The position numbers and the translations under genes were made by a program. 26,365 nucleotides of DNA, from positions 1 to 26,365 of the IMG/VR virus record IMGVR_UViG_3300043478_000013. One strand, 5' to 3'. Numbering within the stretch: the first letter of the stretch is position 1; the number at the start of each line of letters is the position of its first letter. The notes below the pieces were generated by a model, which saw only the letters and a list, made by a program, of their open reading frames with translations, made no database searches and had not been told where the DNA came from. Source of the stretch: a virus (lineage: Duplodnaviria > Caudoviricetes). This document shows, in pieces, positions 25,162 through 26,365 of this stretch.

Positions 25162-25506
25162 CTAGTCTGCACTGGCGAATTCGTTCGGTTGGGCGCCCCC
25201 ACCCACGCGCCGCCCCTCCAAGAAACGATCGGGCAGGGCAACTAGGGCTGGGTGATCGGGGTGCCCAGAGGTACGAAGCAGCGCTTCCTTGGTCCGGCAG
25301 AAGGATTGGCCAACCCAAGGCCGATTACCGCGCACGAGCTTCTGCACGATCCATTGGATGCCTGCGGCGCATTCGATAACACGGTAGCCGTCGCCGAAAT
25401 CAACGATGACATAGGGGTAGTCGTGGGCATTTTCGGCCACCCGACGCCGTGGAGGCGATGATTCAGCTTCCGGCAACAAAGTTGCGGCAAAATTATCAAT
25501 GGGCAT
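25162..25506 (-). CDS. Hypothetical protein, 114 aa
   Basis: Strong AGGAGG RBS; RVIECAAGIQWIVQ and SFCRTKEALLR core. Confidence 0.7.
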   Translation of the reverse strand: MPIDNFAATLLPEAESSPPRRRVAENAHDYPYVIVDFGDGYRVIECAAGIQWIVQKLVRGNRPWVGQSFCRTKEALLRTSGHPDHPALVALPDRFLEGRRVGGGAQPNEFASAD

Positions 25507-25572
25507 CGCGGCCTCCTACGAAGGTTGCGGTGTCAAGTGGCCGGACGGTGTTTCAGCACCGTTCGGCCGCGC
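25498..25572 (+). ncRNA. Candidate SymR-like cis-antisense RNA (boundaries approximate)
   Basis: Complementary to the ATG and RBS of the 114-aa gene; ends in hairpin GGCCGGACGGTGT-TTCA-GCACCGTTCGGCC, whose two G-U pairs form only on the plus strand. Confidence 0.45.
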
Positions 25573-25573
25573 A

Positions 25574-25582
25574 ATCATATCA
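25574..25582 (-). promoter_or_regulatory. Putative extended -10 promoter for the 114-aa gene
   Basis: TGaTATGAT just upstream of the leader hairpin; no good -35. Confidence 0.4.
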
Positions 25583-25654
25583 CAGCCGTCGAAGCAAACG
25601 TTGATTATTTTGGAGGCACACACACGGGATTGCGCTGGTGCAAACTGGCGAGCG

Positions 25655-26218
25655 TCATGAGTGTGTATTTGCAAGGATGCGCCCGTTTTTTCGCAAGGTC
25701 AAGCCGAAGTGCTTGGCGAGGCTCATGAGTCCGTCGCGCAGCGCCGGGATTTCGCTGACGTTGACCGCCTCGTGGTAGACGGCGACGCGGGCCACTACCT
25801 TGACGGCACGCTTACCGGCGGTCCCGACCGCGGCATAGGCGAGCTCGAAGCGGACCTTGCGGCCGCGGCAGATGCACCTGTCCGGCTCGAGGTCGCAATC
25901 GGCCCAACAGACGAACCCACGTCCCGAGCCTGCCATTGAGCGCGGGGTGCCGATGACGACACGGTAATCGCCGACGATGACGGCGTAGCGCAGGCCGGCC
26001 TGGTATTGCGGATCGTCGATGACGCCGCGCAGCGCGAGTTGCCCGAGCGGGGACTCGGCGCGTTCATCGAGGCGGTCGGCCTCGGGGAGGTTACGGCGGT
26101 GGGGCTGGCGGCCGGCGCGGACCCGGTCGTCGGGGGCGCGTTCGAGCGCGGGGCCCGGGGCGAGGGTTTGGCCTCGCCACTTGCGCTTGCGGCCGCGGCG
26201 GCCGGGCGATTGTTTCAC
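25655..26218 (-). CDS. Putative late-gene regulator (DUF6456-like), 187 aa
   Basis: ESPLGQL..RG.I...QYQAG.RY and LRDGL..LAKHFGL motifs; upstream of the packaging genes; CxxxC...CxC cluster. Confidence 0.55.
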   Translation of the reverse strand: MKQSPGRRGRKRKWRGQTLAPGPALERAPDDRVRAGRQPHRRNLPEADRLDERAESPLGQLALRGVIDDPQYQAGLRYAVIVGDYRVVIGTPRSMAGSGRGFVCWADCDLEPDRCICRGRKVRFELAYAAVGTAGKRAVKVVARVAVYHEAVNVSEIPALRDGLMSLAKHFGLTLRKNGRILANTHS

Positions 26219-26365
26219 GTGGCACCCCCCGCAATTGCCCGAGGATGGCCCGTGGTGCGTTTTTCTGGCATGGGCGCCGCCATGGGCTGCTCGGTCATGT
26301 CGCCAGCACCAGGACGACGACGGCGGCGGCCAGGGCGACCGGGGTCCAATCTGTCATCTTCACCT

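Noticed and set aside
25573-25625. Alphaproteobacterial LexA box at the symE-like promoter
   Set aside because: No GTTC-N7-GTTC or GAAC-N7-GAAC match found.
1-26365. CRISPR array, tRNA, IS element, integrase or att site
   Set aside because: No regularly spaced repeats, cloverleaf, transposase or recombinase motifs recognised; prophage versus free phage cannot be decided from this window.

Overview
A high-GC tailed-phage or prophage late region, almost all on the minus strand, with a podovirus-type (T7/BPP-1-like) morphogenesis module. Minus-strand order: putative late regulator, putative TerS, about 10.7 kb of fibre/spike-like genes, TerL, two small MSGLFGG-starting virion-type proteins, portal, Bbp19-like protein, scaffold, major capsid, decoration protein, three small genes, two paralogous tail-adaptor genes, nozzle, GNAT (T7 gp13-like), and two internal virion proteins, the last running off the left edge and missed by the ORF track. 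Several small accessory genes are inserted, mostly on the opposite strand (Tat-signal peptide, ASCH protein, secreted protein, HTH). Protein families suggest an alphaproteobacterial host (inference). No integrase, lysis cassette, tRNA or CRISPR was seen. Most notable: a signal-less HiPIP-type [4Fe-4S] protein inside the head-tail module, sharing a C-terminal K-x-K-T-I-x-G tag with its neighbour (candidate virion-cargo tag); duplicated adaptors; a lytic transglycosylase inserted inside a fibre-like protein, next to a convergent secreted protein; a SymR-like antisense arrangement; and two structured intergenic RNA candidates. All assignments come from motif recognition by eye; no searches were run.
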